Under the pieces are notes generated by a model. It was not told where the DNA came from and ran no database searches. It saw only the letters and a list, made by a program, of their open reading frames with translations. From assembly GCA_022813965.1 (NCBI GenBank), contig JALDZS010000081.1, forward strand, positions 1-64,000: a stretch of 64,000 nucleotides of DNA. Direction: 5' to 3'. Both the position numbers and the translations under genes were made by a program. Of the stretch, positions 26,327-39,537 are shown in pieces (positions within the stretch are counted from its first letter, which is position 1; each line of letters starts with the position of its first letter). This DNA comes from Toensbergia leucococca. Its lineage: Eukaryota.

Positions 26327-29300
26327 TCACAATCTGCAATCTAACCTATGGTCGGTCCCGTAGCTTTCCAGGGGGTAAATCGATCCCCAATTCACATTTT
26401 CCTCACCAGGCAAAAGATCCTTCTCGGCCATCAATGCAAACTCTCCCCCCCGCTCCACCAATTTCTTGGCCTCACGTTGCTCCAGAATATCCACATCGAT
26501 GGATTTTAGGGAGACGAATCGGTAAACGTGCACCTGGTCCTTCTTTTGTCCGTACCGTCTCGCTCGGCCAATGCACTGAGTGACCGAGGCGTCATATTTT
26601 TGCTGGTTTGGCGCCAGCAAAGGCGAGAAAAAAATTACATGGTTGGCATTGGTGAGGTTTCTGAGCAGAACGAGTTAGCGAACCTGCATATACAGAGAGG
26701 AATGGGAACCTCATCACTCACGCTCCCGCTGCCGACTCGTTGGCTGGGTTTAGTACCAGCACCTTCTTCTTGTCGGAACCTTGGTTCCCTTGGAACTCCT
26801 TCATCTGGTCACCCGCTTGTTTCGGGCGAAGTTTTTCTGTCAGAGCCGAGTGTGAGATGTTATGATGACTCAGCGCTTTTGCAACTATGTCCATCAAACC
26901 CTCAAATTGAACGAAGAGTAGCACCTGTTCATCCTTGGGTATGTCGTTCTGGATGAGACGGATGATTTTTTCGATCTTCTCTCCATAGTGGTTTTTCTGG
27001 CTCTGACTGGTACAATTATGACCGAAATCAGTAGCCGGAATGACGTGGTAGATATCCACAGTTGCCTTGCAATTCTCAACGACGCATCGAGTACCTCGCT
27101 CCTTGGAATTCAGGCAAAGTTTGCAGGCTGCATGGCCGCACTGGCTGAGGACGAAAAGTTGAGATGGTTTCGAAGCCACCTGGCCACATCTGGCGCATGT
27201 TGGCGGATCCGAGGTAGGACTCTTCTTTCGGAGGCGGTACTGCCAGAGCTGTACTTGACTCACCAACTCCATGTAACGAAGTGCTCTGGTTCGAGACACA
27301 AGCTCCGTTGATATACTTCGCAGATCACCTGCGAGGTCACGCAGCTCCTTCACCATTTTGGCGTATCTGTTTTTGGGCTTCTTCGAAGTCCTCACATTCT
27401 CGCCATTCTGATCAGCGCTATCATCGTTCTCGGTATCCTGGTATTCGCCGTTGTCGTCTCCGCTCTTCTGATTTTGATCCGATGGAGAGTCCAAACCGTC
27501 TTCCTCTTCATGGTCGTCCGCGGACTTCTCGGCATCCTCCTGCTCCTCATCGGACTCGTCCTCGGACCGTCTAGCAACCTCCACGTCCTCATCCCCATCC
27601 CTCTCGTCCTTCTCTTCTCCTTCTTGAGTCAGAGAACCTCGGTAGCTTTTGTCCTTAGCCTTCTCAAGTGGATTTTTCTCGGCGAAATCAATGATCTGAA
27701 GGAGCTCATAAGTTATCTCGGCATCTCCGAATTCTTTGTTGCGCACGTGGTTCTTCCAATTATCATAATGAACATGAGTTGTTTCCCCGTCTGAATTGCA
27801 ATTCTGCCTTAGCCAACTGGCGCGCCGTAAATTCTTCACGAGCTCCTCGAAAATCTCATCCTTTTCCTCCTTTCGTTTGTGGACGATGAATTGAAAAGCA
27901 CCTGCAGCTTTGTCTAATCGCTTGTCCATTTTCTGGTCCAATAGTGTGAAGTGAGAACATCGCTTGAGCAGAGCTTCGTCCGGGGAGGAGCTTTTGCTTA
28001 TAATCTCAGTCACGGCCCCGGTACGATCATTTTTGAATTGATCGCTGAGAGTTCTCATGTCCTGTGCGTGGACCTGTTGTACCAGCTCCACAGAATAGGC
28101 ACGCTCCCATGGTGCCTGATTTACCGCAATTAGATACATTACAGTCTTTATTTCCAGTGGCCCAGCGAGATCCTGCGTCGGTCAGTATAAGTTGTGTCGG
28201 TAGAAGAGCTTGCTTACTCGACGGCAAAATTGATTTAGGAAAGACTGTGCGTGTACCTGGCGGTGGCCATGCCACGCCGGCGAGTGCACTTCCTTGAAGG
28301 ATTGGAATTCCTCGGCAGCTACATATTGTCAGTGTATGACCATACTACTTTGAGTTCCACGTACCAGTTCTACCGTGACGGATCGCCTTGATGTTGTGCC
28401 CTCTCAAAACACCCAGGGAATCGTCGTCAACGCCGAGGTCAACTCCCAAGAAGGCAGCCATGACCTTAACATCTGCAAAGTCGTCCAGGGGCGCAGTGCC
28501 TGATAGTACCCATCGAGACACGGCTTTCAAGGAGGTAACAAACGCGAGGTCTTTATCCTGCAGGTATGGATATTCATCAACCACTATGCGGAACCAATGG
28601 AACATGTGAAGAAGAGAGCCCTTGACATCCTCTAATGAAGCCCCTTCCTCCAAACCAAACACCTTTTGGGCCGAAGTCGAAGTTTTAGCCTTGGTTGGCT
28701 TCTTCGGCTTTGTCGGTTTGGTGACCTTGGCTGTTTTCGGTGTTTTTGGAAGTTTGATTTGTATTTTGAACTTGGCCAGCTTGGCTGGCTGGAAAACTTC
28801 CTTGGTCTGGGTCGACTCCTCGGACGGCTCTATGCTACCAGGTGGTGCTAAGTCCTCGTCACTTTGCGAGTCCTCACGCTTCCGCTTTTTGCTATTCGCA
28901 TCTGCTTGTGCGACATATTGGCTTCCTCTCAGTCTCTTTGACGCGGCGATACCCTCGTCCAATTCGTTGTCCCGCTCGATCGTGGCCTCCTCGAGCTTTC
29001 GCTCCAGGGTCTGCCCAAAAGCCTTCATCGATGACACGGTTTTCATTTCTTCAGTGTGATCGGCGACTTTCTCCAGTGCTTTATCTAGCCAAGGCTTGAA
29101 TTTGAACGAATGCTTAGCTGATAAATGTACCTCGGGCAACGCTGCTAGAAGTGAGACATTGCGCACATAATTCTCGGCTTTGAACAAGGACCAAGACACA
29201 AGGACAATGTCTACGGCTTGGAACTGTTTGATGCTCTTCTTGCTGAGGGCCAATGCATTATCGATTACCATCACCTTGTATTTCTTGCCGAGGAACATTT

Positions 29301-32300
29301 CAATCTGCCCAAGCCATTGCGGCGTCAATGTTGGGGGAAGTAAGATCAGCGTGGCCCTCAAGGGTAATCGGCCGATGGGGTTGGTTTGAAGATTGCTTCT
29401 GGCTTTGGATGACTGGCAGTCGACGAGAGCTAAAATGATAGCTGTTTTGCCATAGCCAACCTCGTCGGCAAGGATACCTCCGCGAATGTGTCGGCGTCTT
29501 GTCGCACGAGCTTCCGCTCGCCATCCAAGCTGCTTGAGGCTCACCTCCTCGATCTCCTGCTCCTCGAAAGAAGGACAATCGTCCGCTTCTTGCTTGATCA
29601 TCCACTGCAGTGATCGCGCCTGATGCTTCCAAAGCGCCATGTTTGGTTGCGGGAATACATACTTCGCCTGTTCGACGTTTTTGTTATTACGCAGCGTGAA
29701 TTCTGGCAATAGTACTTTGGACGGCCATGTGTACTGGGTGTCTAGGCGCCACGACAGAGTGACTGTGTCGTCCAATTGGACTCCAGCCAGTTTTGCCAGA
29801 GCTCGATGTAACAAGGTCATCACATTGAGCTCAATTTTGAGGCAACCAATGTTGTTTTCGTCAATGCGGATGAGCGTCACAAAGGGGAAAGGTCTCGCCT
29901 TGAGAGAAGTTTCATATCGAGTCGCCTCCGCTGGATCTTCGTAGGCCTTGATCATTTGGGTCTTCCGGACTTGCTCTCTTCTCCACTTCATGCTGGGCGA
30001 TTTGGGAGCACAGGTTGTGCACGACACTTGGCCATACTGCAGAGGCAGTTGTCTCCAGTCTCCTGAAAAGCCATCAAGGCCTCGGACACCCTCAGTAAGC
30101 CATGCGAAATGGCTGAAAAGCACTCGCTCATTGGTCTCGTCTATCAGCTTCCATGGACCCGACTGCCACCCATTCTTTTCGTTGGATGTAACAGGTATCC
30201 TACAAGACAGAACTGTAACTCTTGCCGCGTGGCAGTCAATCATTCGATCCTCCTCGTTCAAAACAATGGGTATCGACATCTGAGGCGGTGGGACTGCAAA
30301 GGTGGCATGGCCACTGCTCTTAAAGGGAGCCAGGATCGCGCCTTTACAAGCTATCCAACGCCCGTAGGAGCTGCAGCTTACAGTCTCATCTCCATTATTA
30401 CTTGAAGGTCGCCAATCATTATCAATGCGTGCTACCGTGTACCGAGATTCGCCATAATCCATGCGGTGCTTGTCCGTCGAAAAGACAAAGTGATCGAATG
30501 TGGTCTGGTGGATACGGTCAGGATCAAGAAACAGATACAAGCGAGCTTCGCTCTTTGCTTTCTTCTCCTTCTTGTGCAACGAGCCAGATGCCGTGCCACA
30601 ATCCTGCAGAAGGTTGTAATCTCCGTTGATGTCAAGATCAAGAAGTTTAAGGCGCTCGGCATATTCGGGCTGAACAGATACTTGCAGGGTATTCCACACT
30701 TCCTTGTTTGCCAACCGTGGGACTTGTAGCCCGAGTTTAGATTCCCAAGATCTCGTCTTAGTGCCTTTACCAGCGATTGTGACTTTGAAGTTCGAGGTCA
30801 CTGGCATACAAAACTCCCATGAACCCTGGAGCAAATCTGGTCCGTGAACCGACATGCGAGCGAAAGGATGCTTGAGGAGCTGGCGTACCCTAGCATTTGC
30901 GGGCTCTTCACGATGTGGTTTAGCGTACAAACGCCAGTAGGCCCCTTTGTTGGTGATGGAGAGCTCCAAGCGTGAACCTGGCGCTTCGTAATAGACGGTC
31001 CAATCCAAAGAGCGCTTGACCGAATAGAAACGGAGCTCTTCCCCAAGAGCGGGAAGCACAGCTTTTGCGAATATTACCCAATCCTTCTTGAATACGCTGA
31101 GATCATTCTTACCTAATGGTATTTTCATGTCGTCTAGAAAGCCCTGCAAATGTTTTCGTGTCAAGCCTGTGATCTGAAGCCTCATTGGTAGAGCTTGCTT
31201 GATGGCACTTTCACATTCTTGAGGATCCACACGTTCCAAGAGCTTAGTCTCATCATACGGAACGTATGCATGAGCTGCTGGTTTTCCGGCGCACTTCTGG
31301 CAGGCAGTGTATTTGCATTCCTTGCAGATAAGCACATTTCGGGACAACGTGAGAGTGCGACCTTCGCATATACACAGTCGAACGCTTTTCCTCGCTTTGT
31401 CAAGCAAACCCACGGTTGAAAGTTGTTTGTAGCTTGTGAGATCTAGCAGGAGGGTCTTAAGGTCACTCTCATCTGCCTCTTGATACTCCAGTGGCTGGGC
31501 CGATATGATGTCCAAACCTCCTCTAGGTCCGCGAGGCAAGGCTTCATAACCGACCATTAAGGCACTTAAGATGGCCGGACCTACAACCGTCGATGTCATT
31601 GCGTTACCAGCGAGATCTTGAAGCTGTTTAGAGCTTTCGCGGGTTAGGATCAATTTCTCGGTTGGGAGGCCTTGCAGGGTGATTGCTTCGATGCCTAAGA
31701 GTGGGCCGCCACGGGTCGTAACAAAAGGTTGTCCAGTTGGTGTGATGCATCCGCTGAGGCCAAAGCGCGTTGTATCCTCATTGCGATCGATGTTCTGGGA
31801 CAATTCCCACACACGCCTGATTTTAATCATTAGCAATCCACAAGCTCGTTGGGTGGGGGACTGGAGAGGCTCACGTCTTGTAGTGCGAATCGAAGCCTCG
31901 CACTACGTTCCGCAAGTAGGACATTTCCCACGTGTCCCAGATACGCTCTACCTGTGCTCGACTCCAATCTCTCCACCAGAAATCAGGTACTGTGCATGAG
32001 CCACCGTTTACCCACTTCGTCAGTGGTCTCTCACTACCGAGCTGCATTGCCTCCCGGTAATTCTGGTGCCTGCCCTGACACAGGTTCCAGTTGACGTCCC
32101 TCATTGTTTTCTTTTCGCCTAAAGAGCCTCTCGCCAATTCTTCTCTTCCGCGATGCACTCTAGGGTCATCTTCGTTGAGAAGAAAGGCTTCGACCGGAGA
32201 GCTTGCAGGTCTCTTGAAGCCGATCATGATCTTGTCCCAGCCCTTCACGACAAGGTCTGCCGATGCCAGCTTCATCTTGTCAATGCAGACAAGATATCCA

Positions 32301-33603
32301 CGTTGTCGGGTAGCAGGGATGTAATAATTTTTGGTGTCGGGTCTGTAAAGATGACAAGCATAAGCAGGTTCCTCACCCCAGAACTTCCGGGAGTCTTTGT
32401 TTTTATTGTTGGGTTTCTTCTCGGCCGTCCAAGCGTCCATGATATCTTCCCATGGCGCACCCAAAACATTCTCGAGCACAATGATGGTTGGACGGTTCCT
32501 CTTCGCATAATTCAAGATGGCTCGAAAAGTGTCCCCAGACTCGCCAGTATCGTTCAGATTTTTCTTCCAAGTGTTCAGCCTGGAAAAATCTACGCATGAG
32601 AAGCCCGCCACAAGGAGGTCAATATCGCCAGGGACGTCAACCAAAGCGCCATATGCAGTAGTCCTAAGATAATCAGCGATGCTCGCAATCTTGGTCTACC
32701 AATAAAACCTTACGCTTGATCGTTCATCGCGATTTCGCGTATGTCGCGAAAAATGGTAGTTTGCTTGAAATTGCGATCGATGTACGCTTGTTTGTAAGGG
32801 ACTATTTCGGCGCTAAATAAGTGGTTGACTCTGAGTGTGCGATTGTAATGCTCCTTCAGGGCTACTTGATATTAGTATGTTGAATTACTAAAGACAAATG
32901 GTTGCTTACTATCGGTAACCATCGCCAATGCAAGCATAGGACTCTCCGTTCCAGAGCACATGGTCGCTACTCTAAGCTCCCGAGTACCTAGATGGTCGAG
33001 AGCTTCCTCGAACCTTGAGTCTTTGAATGCATTCTTGGTGATATCTTCAAAGATTTCTCCGATATCACTCATAGGGGGTAGGTCTTCTGCGAGGCCGAAC
33101 TTGTCTTTCCAAGTAGATTCCGTCTCGGTTTGAGGTGGGCCAGAAGGAGCCTTTCTCGCCCTTGCTACTGTTTTCGACTTCGATGCTCCTTTGGAATCCG
33201 ATGTTGATTTCTTGACTACAGCTTGACGTGAAGTCCCACGTGACTTAGCTGGTGCCTCACTGCTATTGGATACAGATGTACGTTCGGGGCCGTTGGTATT
33301 CCCGGCTTCCGTGCTATCGATGTCCATACCATCTGGGTCTTCAGTACTGGATGGAGCATCACTTGGTGTTGGAAGATAGTAATCGTCCATACTTGTTTGC
33401 TTCCCTGAGCGTGACGAGGCTGAGATACGCTGTTTTTTGAGAGGACGCAAAAATCGCGTCGATTGAGCTTGTGAGGATGACTCGCCATCATCGAATGTGG
33501 TAGCAGACGTCGACCCATCAAGAGGCTTACCGGATGTTTTTGATGTGGATGAGGCCGAAGCAGGCTCACTAGCCATGTGTCCTTCCTGTTGGTGGGTTGC
33601 CAT
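26327..33603 (-). CDS. DMT5: DNMT5-type C5 cytosine DNA methyltransferase fused to SNF2 ATPase and RING finger, ~7 exons
   Basis: MTase motifs: I LRVATMCSGTESP, IV DLLVAGFSCVDFS, VI VLENV, VIII PATRQRGY, X QDLAGNAM. SNF2 motifs: RGGILADEVGYGKT, RIVVDEY, WVLSGT, LLFVQF, ESAAGANLTNANHVIF, QCIGRARRYGQ. RING: CARC...CGHAACKLC...C...C. Canonical GT-AG introns join the exons in frame. Start uncertain (33603, or 34002 in the same ORF). Confidence 0.92.
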
Positions 33604-34281
33604 TGTCCCGCACCTTACGTGGCTCGATGTCACAGACAGCGTTCTGTTGTTAGTAGTAGACCGAAAAGAATGATTTAGTAAGGCAGCTTTTGATGAAGGA
33701 ATAGTTGATGAAACGTGAGATAGCCTTTGATGGCTCTTTGTAGCAGGTGATCGACTCGGATTACAGGCTGTGGAATGTAGCGTGTCAGTTTGTGGTTCGT
33801 TTACCGAAGACAACTCCTTTTTTTGAGATGTCTTTATCTTCGGCCAAGCTGTGCTTGACTCAGGAGAAGGGAGTAACGCGCCTTTAGTCAAGTATGTGGA
33901 GACTAAAGAGCATCTAGGTGGTGGAAAGTAATGTGTGTGTGGGAAATGGGGGAGTGTGGGTGTGTGGGAGTGTGTTGTGGTATCAGCTCGGCTATTTTCC
34001 ATCCATAACTAACTTCACCATAGCTGGAAGGACCGACCCTTGATGGAGTCTAGCGATATACGCCGCGGGTAGGTAGACCAAGTCCTCGCAGTCCCTAAGC
34101 AAAGGTTCCAGCCGGGTCACCAAGTGCAAGGTCAACCCTAAGCTGCTGCTCTGGGGCGAAGTCTCTGTTCTTCTAGGTGTCTGTCAAGAAATCCCAGAGA
34201 GGGTTCTAGAGCTTTCTTGCAGAAAGAGAACACACCTTTCAGGAATAGAGGAGAAAATATGGTAGTGGGCCAGCGATGGAA

Positions 34282-34776
34282 TCAGAGAATGGAGTGGAGC
34301 CCCTGATGGAATTGAAAGGTGGACCCACTTTCTACGTGCAGCATCCAGTGGCCTTTCTTGAGTCTGTCCCGGCCAGAGACGTCAGGCTCGGTACAGGGAG
34401 GAAGACTTTGAAGTTCATCTCCTGACAGCAGTTCCCAAGCAGGATCTGGACTTGGCGATTCTGGGGTTTCATCCTCATCATCGGCCAAGGTGCCTCTTTC
34501 CGTCTCTTCATCTTCGCTACTCTGTGTATTCAGTCCTGCATTCTTCGGAACACTTGCTCTTTGCTTTTCTGCCCGACCACCACGCGTGACGGTATCATTT
34601 CGGAGAATTCTTCGGGTCCTCAAATGGCAAGGGGGAGAAGGAGGCTCGAAGCTCGCAGCATAATCGGAGGCATCGCTTTCTGTAGTTGACTTGAACACAG
34701 TATGGCGTCTCTTCCGGGCCATGGGGATCTTCAGGCTGTATCCAAGGTTCCGCTTTCTCTTTCTCTTTCTCGTCAT
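34282..34776 (-). CDS. Hypothetical basic/acidic low-complexity protein (164 aa) or upstream exon
   Basis: ATG-initiated ORF with NLS-like RKRKRKR and acidic S/E/D patches; no domain recognised. Confidence 0.3.
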   Translation of the reverse strand: MTRKRKRKRNLGYSLKIPMARKRRHTVFKSTTESDASDYAASFEPPSPPCHLRTRRILRNDTVTRGGRAEKQRASVPKNAGLNTQSSEDEETERGTLADDEDETPESPSPDPAWELLSGDELQSLPPCTEPDVSGRDRLKKGHWMLHVESGSTFQFHQGLHSIL

Positions 34777-37700
34777 ACAATTTCAAGAGCCAACGGAAAA
34801 TGGAAAGATCTAAAGCTTTCAAGAACAGAGAGACTGGCAATGAACCGGATCTGTAAAAGTACGAAAGGGGTATTGCGAGTAGCTAAATGGTGAGCATGCC
34901 AAGCACACAGTCAGTGAGTCCAATGCGACAGAGCACTCAGCGAATATTATAAATTGCTATACAAGAAGAGAAAGAGAAATAGAGAGCAAGTACAAGAAGA
35001 GAGTAACAGCGACATGGGTATCATAGCATCAAGACAAAAGAACCTCCCATCACCCTGGACGCGTGAAGATGTGAAGATGTCTCCACGCGTTGACAAGGTT
35101 GTCAGCTTGTGTTGGAAGTTGCTGTCTGGCACATGGGCGGAAGCACTAGGTGCACGGACATCATCTCGGTGTTCGGCATCTATTCTATTGGCCAGACAGG
35201 CGACATAGATGGGCCGCATAAGGCGTAAGGCGTTTTAGAAGTCACGGGACTCCTCAGAACGAGTATGATCTACTTCCTCACTCTACCAGGACCATCTTCT
35301 TCTAGTCATCAAATAGAAATCCTATGAGCTCGACAATCTATTCTCCAGAGCTTCACAGAATGGATGGTTTCAGGGTTTTCTATGTATTTCTCCACCAAGC
35401 CCGACGGCGTTCCTCATATCCTCGACAATTTCGTCTTGTCCTCGACGAGAAATTTAAGCCTGGGACTCTTCTTCAACTTCTGATGTCTCTTTTTTCAAAC
35501 AATTTCATTCCTCGGTCACTAAACGTCTCCCTGGCTCTTGGGAGATCAGGCTTATGGATCCCAAGCTGAGGAGCTTTCGCCTGGATTGCTTCTCATACCT
35601 CAGAACTACGTACATTGAAAATCCAATCATGCAATCTATGACACATTGCCGAATCAGCAGAGGCTTCTCCCTCAGTTCTCGGTTCAGAAACTGACGCCTG
35701 CACATGTCTTGGTCCCTTCCATTTTTCTTCAGCCATTTTTGCCCTATCTCCGTAGGTCCTTTCCTCGACCATCTCAATTTGCCCAGAATATCCTCCGCTG
35801 TCTCCTGGGAATCTATCTATCTATCTTTTTGAACAGTATGAATATTATCTCGGTTAGGCATCCCGGAATCAAGCGTTTGAAAGCAGCTGATAAGCATATC
35901 AATCCTTGCATGCTGTGTAGGGGGCATCCCACCCTGTGACGTTTTAGGCAGCCTTCAATTCTAGCAGGCGGCTAAGGAAAGCGAGAGTTTCTCACTAACC
36001 CTGACAGCCAAATTGATTGGCTTTCTTGGAACTGATAGTGCCTACGGATTTCTTTACACCCAGGCAGGGCTTGAAATGTCCTTGATCTTCTGAAAGGCAG
36101 TGTTGATCAGTCCGAGACGACGGATGAAAGATGTGCTTCACAAAAACTTCATTGCGGTCTAGATGCTTATCGAATTTCTGCTTGGGGGTTTCTTCAATCG
36201 TGCATAAGTTAGGCACGGCGGCGAGAGACTCTCCATGCCACACTTGATCCAACCTGTCGATGCTTTGTCCCAACAACCGGGTTGAAAATTGGTAAGGCGC
36301 TTCTGGATACTGCGACTACTATACAGTAGTCCTAGCTACATGAAATGGACACCCGAATATCCATCTCGTAGCGGTAGGCAAGGCCAAAGACAGCGCCACT
36401 CTCAGTAATCTGGGCCAAAAAGAAATTGCTGAAGACTGCTGATGCATTCAAAAGTGACTAAATGAGAATTACCCACCACAGCCCAACTGCTCAATCTCAG
36501 AACTCACTCTGCCTCCAGCATCTTCGTTCGCCCCCTGCCCCCACACCTCCACCGCCTCTCGTCTCCCATTAGTCTACCAAGCTCTACCTTGTGAACACCC
36601 TCAATCTCACAACGTCATCGATCAAAAAACTTCCTTCCAATGTAATGCTCTGGACCAGATGTACTGCTTCCATGAGGAACAGTGAGCGGTGCAGACATTT
36701 CAACAACTCGTGTCATGATAATTGAAGAACTCTTGGCGTTATCATAGCTTCTTTTACCACCCACAACAATATCAAACAAGGAGCAGCAAGTGTACATTTT
36801 TCCACTTGTTGAGCTTCCCAATTTTTCAATTCCGTCGCTCATTGAGGCTGGATATTAAGCATGTTTTTTCTCTCCTTCTCTTCCTCTTCCTCTTCATTTG
36901 AAACAATACATACACTTAGCTGACAGTCATTACTGAAGACACAATGAAAATTTAGTCCTGGCTTGAAATTCAACCCTAGTTTGTGACATGGTTCCTCTAC
37001 GCATTCCTTCATTTACGTGACACCATTAGCTTCTTCTCATGGTACGCATCTGTGCTTCAATTGATATGAGAGATGTTTCATGACTGACTGTGACTGTAAA
37101 TGCTGCTCGGGTGGATATTCAATACTGCAATGGGATGACAATAGTCTTGCAGGTTTCAAGAAAGCATATTTGAGTTTTGAAGAGTTGAGGCGTCTTTGAT
37201 TGTCACCAATTAGGGCTTCACTCGTAAAAGGGGGCACAACAAATTCAATAACCAGACGGATCAAAAAAACGTCAAAGATAAGAATTTGATTCGATTTGAA
37301 TATAAGCAATTGGCATAGCTGTCTAGGATCTTCGTAAACACCCACTGAACATTGGAGAGTGACATCCTTAACCTTCGGTGCAGACTTTCTACCGTAAAGC
37401 GCTGGGTCTTCCTTGGCCACCTTCTTTACTTACACCGCCACCTCTCTTCGCGAGGGCCGAGACTTTCAAAAGTCGATAAAATAAACACCAGTCTGACACC
37501 TTCGTCTCTCTTAACGCATCATCAATAAAGCTCCAGGAGAATCTTCAGGAAGGGTGTCCTATTTGTCATTTAGCAAAGATGGGAGCTCAGCTCAGTCCTA
37601 TACCATACCCCTGACAGATTTCCTCAAAAGTCGTTGATCCTCCTCTGAGGTAACTCTAGATACTAACGACTGATCACAAGAGTTCAATCATAATATTTAT

Positions 37701-38312
37701 ACTGCAACCTGTTTATGAAATACTTGAGTAAGATTATAGTAAAATTCGAAAAATTCAAAAATAAGACCATATGAGAAGAGTGATCATGTCTCTAACGCTG
37801 CTGGCTTTATCAACACTAGTGGACGTCAGTGGTCTATTCTCCTTCTTCTTGGCCAAGAGATGTGATTAAAAGACAAACCGAAGGAGATCTTGCGCTGGAG
37901 ATAAACTTCTGTATGGTCTGCGTCTTTATCGATGCTCTCTGTGTTCACGAAGCAGCTTATGAGAGGTACGAACCACTGGAGATAATGTTCTGAGAGTAAC
38001 AAACTCGGCTTTGTTCTTAACCTCTCAATCAGTCTTCTTTATCGTGACTGGAATTCGGCTGTAGGAGGATTCAAATTCTCACTTCGCGATAGAACCGTAG
38101 GAGAAAGACGGTGACGAAAGATGAAGAGCAGCAGGTGATCCGGACCAACCACACATGACCGTGAATGGCGGTTAAATTGCTTCGACTGTCTGCTGGGAAG
38201 ATATGTCCCCCAAGTAGAGAGAAAACCCCATGACTTTATTCCTCATGTCTCTTCTCAGCCAGTACCGTTCAAAAGCATCATAGGTATCTCGGTGCCATTT
38301 ATAAATTAAAGC

Positions 38313-39537
38313 CTACTTCATCGCCTCGACTAGATCTATCATTGTCTCTTTCAATTCATTCGTATTCTTTCTGGCCGACTTCGTATCCTCCTTTTCCCCT
38401 CTTCCCCTCAGAGCCTCTCCCGACTTGTTCCTGAACCACACCTGCAACCACAGAGGCCAAGTCCTGAGGCGCCAGGCCACCCAACCTGTAACCGATGGCA
38501 ACACAATCAGCCCACTAGTCCCACTGACTATTTTCTCGACCACGGCTTCCGCCACTGTTTCAGCCTTCAACATCCCCGTCGAAGGATGATTCACCCCTAC
38601 TGTTAAGGCCGTCTCTGTCCATCCGGGCAACACACAGATGGTTCGCACTCGAGGTGCCTTGTACCTCGTCTTGAGCTCGGCAGCCAGGCCCTCATGGAAG
38701 GCGAGCGCACCAGCCTTGGTGCAGGCGTAGTCGACGACTTGTGGTGGGGTGACTAGGGCAGCGAGTGACGCTACAGTTACCACAGTGCCATGGTTGTGTG
38801 AGATCATGTCAGGGAGGAATTCCTTGACTAAACGAAAGTGTGATAGAATGTTGACGGCGAATGTCTTCGAGATCGAGGCTTCCGTAGATGATAGGATAGT
38901 GCGACCAGAACCGATGCCGGCGTTATTAATGAGGATTGTCGGGTGTCCGATGGTTGAGCGTATAGAAGTGGCGGCTTCAGCAACAGCAGAGGGGTCGGTG
39001 ATATCACAGGTGTAATAGTGGACATTAGGTGCTGGAAGGCTCCATTAGTAAGGAGTAAAGAAGAGAACAGGTAAGTCTTTTGGCAATGATAGCGTACTAG
39101 ATTCGAATCTCAGAGGTTGAATATCGAGAACGGCTACCTCGGTAGTTTTCGTCGCCAACAGTTGAACCATTAATTTACCAATGCCATCGCTACCTCCAGT
39201 CACGACAGCAACTTCCCTGCTCCGGTCGTACGTATCCACTTGCCAATTATTCAGGGCGCCTCGATTCAGGATCCCATTCAGCCAACGCGCGAGTCCAAAG
39301 CAGCAGACGAGTTTCAGAAGTCTGAGAATTGCTTTGTAGCTTTCTGCAACGGCATGCCTCTTGGAAGTGTACTGGGCTACCAATAAAAGTGGTAGGACCA
39401 AGGCTGGATTTAGCACAGTCCTCTCTATGAGGCGAGCCAGCAAATCGGCGTTGAAGCCTGCAACGACATTAGAGAGAATTCTAAGGGTCGATTGCGATTG
39501 CACCTTCTAGAGGCAACCAAGTTTTTTGGACAGGCAT
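38313..39537 (-). CDS. Short-chain dehydrogenase/reductase (retinol-dehydrogenase/SDR16C-like), 3 exons
   Basis: MPVQKTWLPLEG / FNADLLARLIERTVLNP...VVTGGSDGIG...VLDIQ / PNVHYYTCDITD...ILINNAG...VVTVAS...DYACTK. TGxxxGxG, NNAG and YxxxK are all intact. Confidence 0.88.

Noticed and set aside
37037..37420. 127-aa minus-strand ORF
   Set aside because: Non-ATG start, no recognisable motif, no splice-supported extension.
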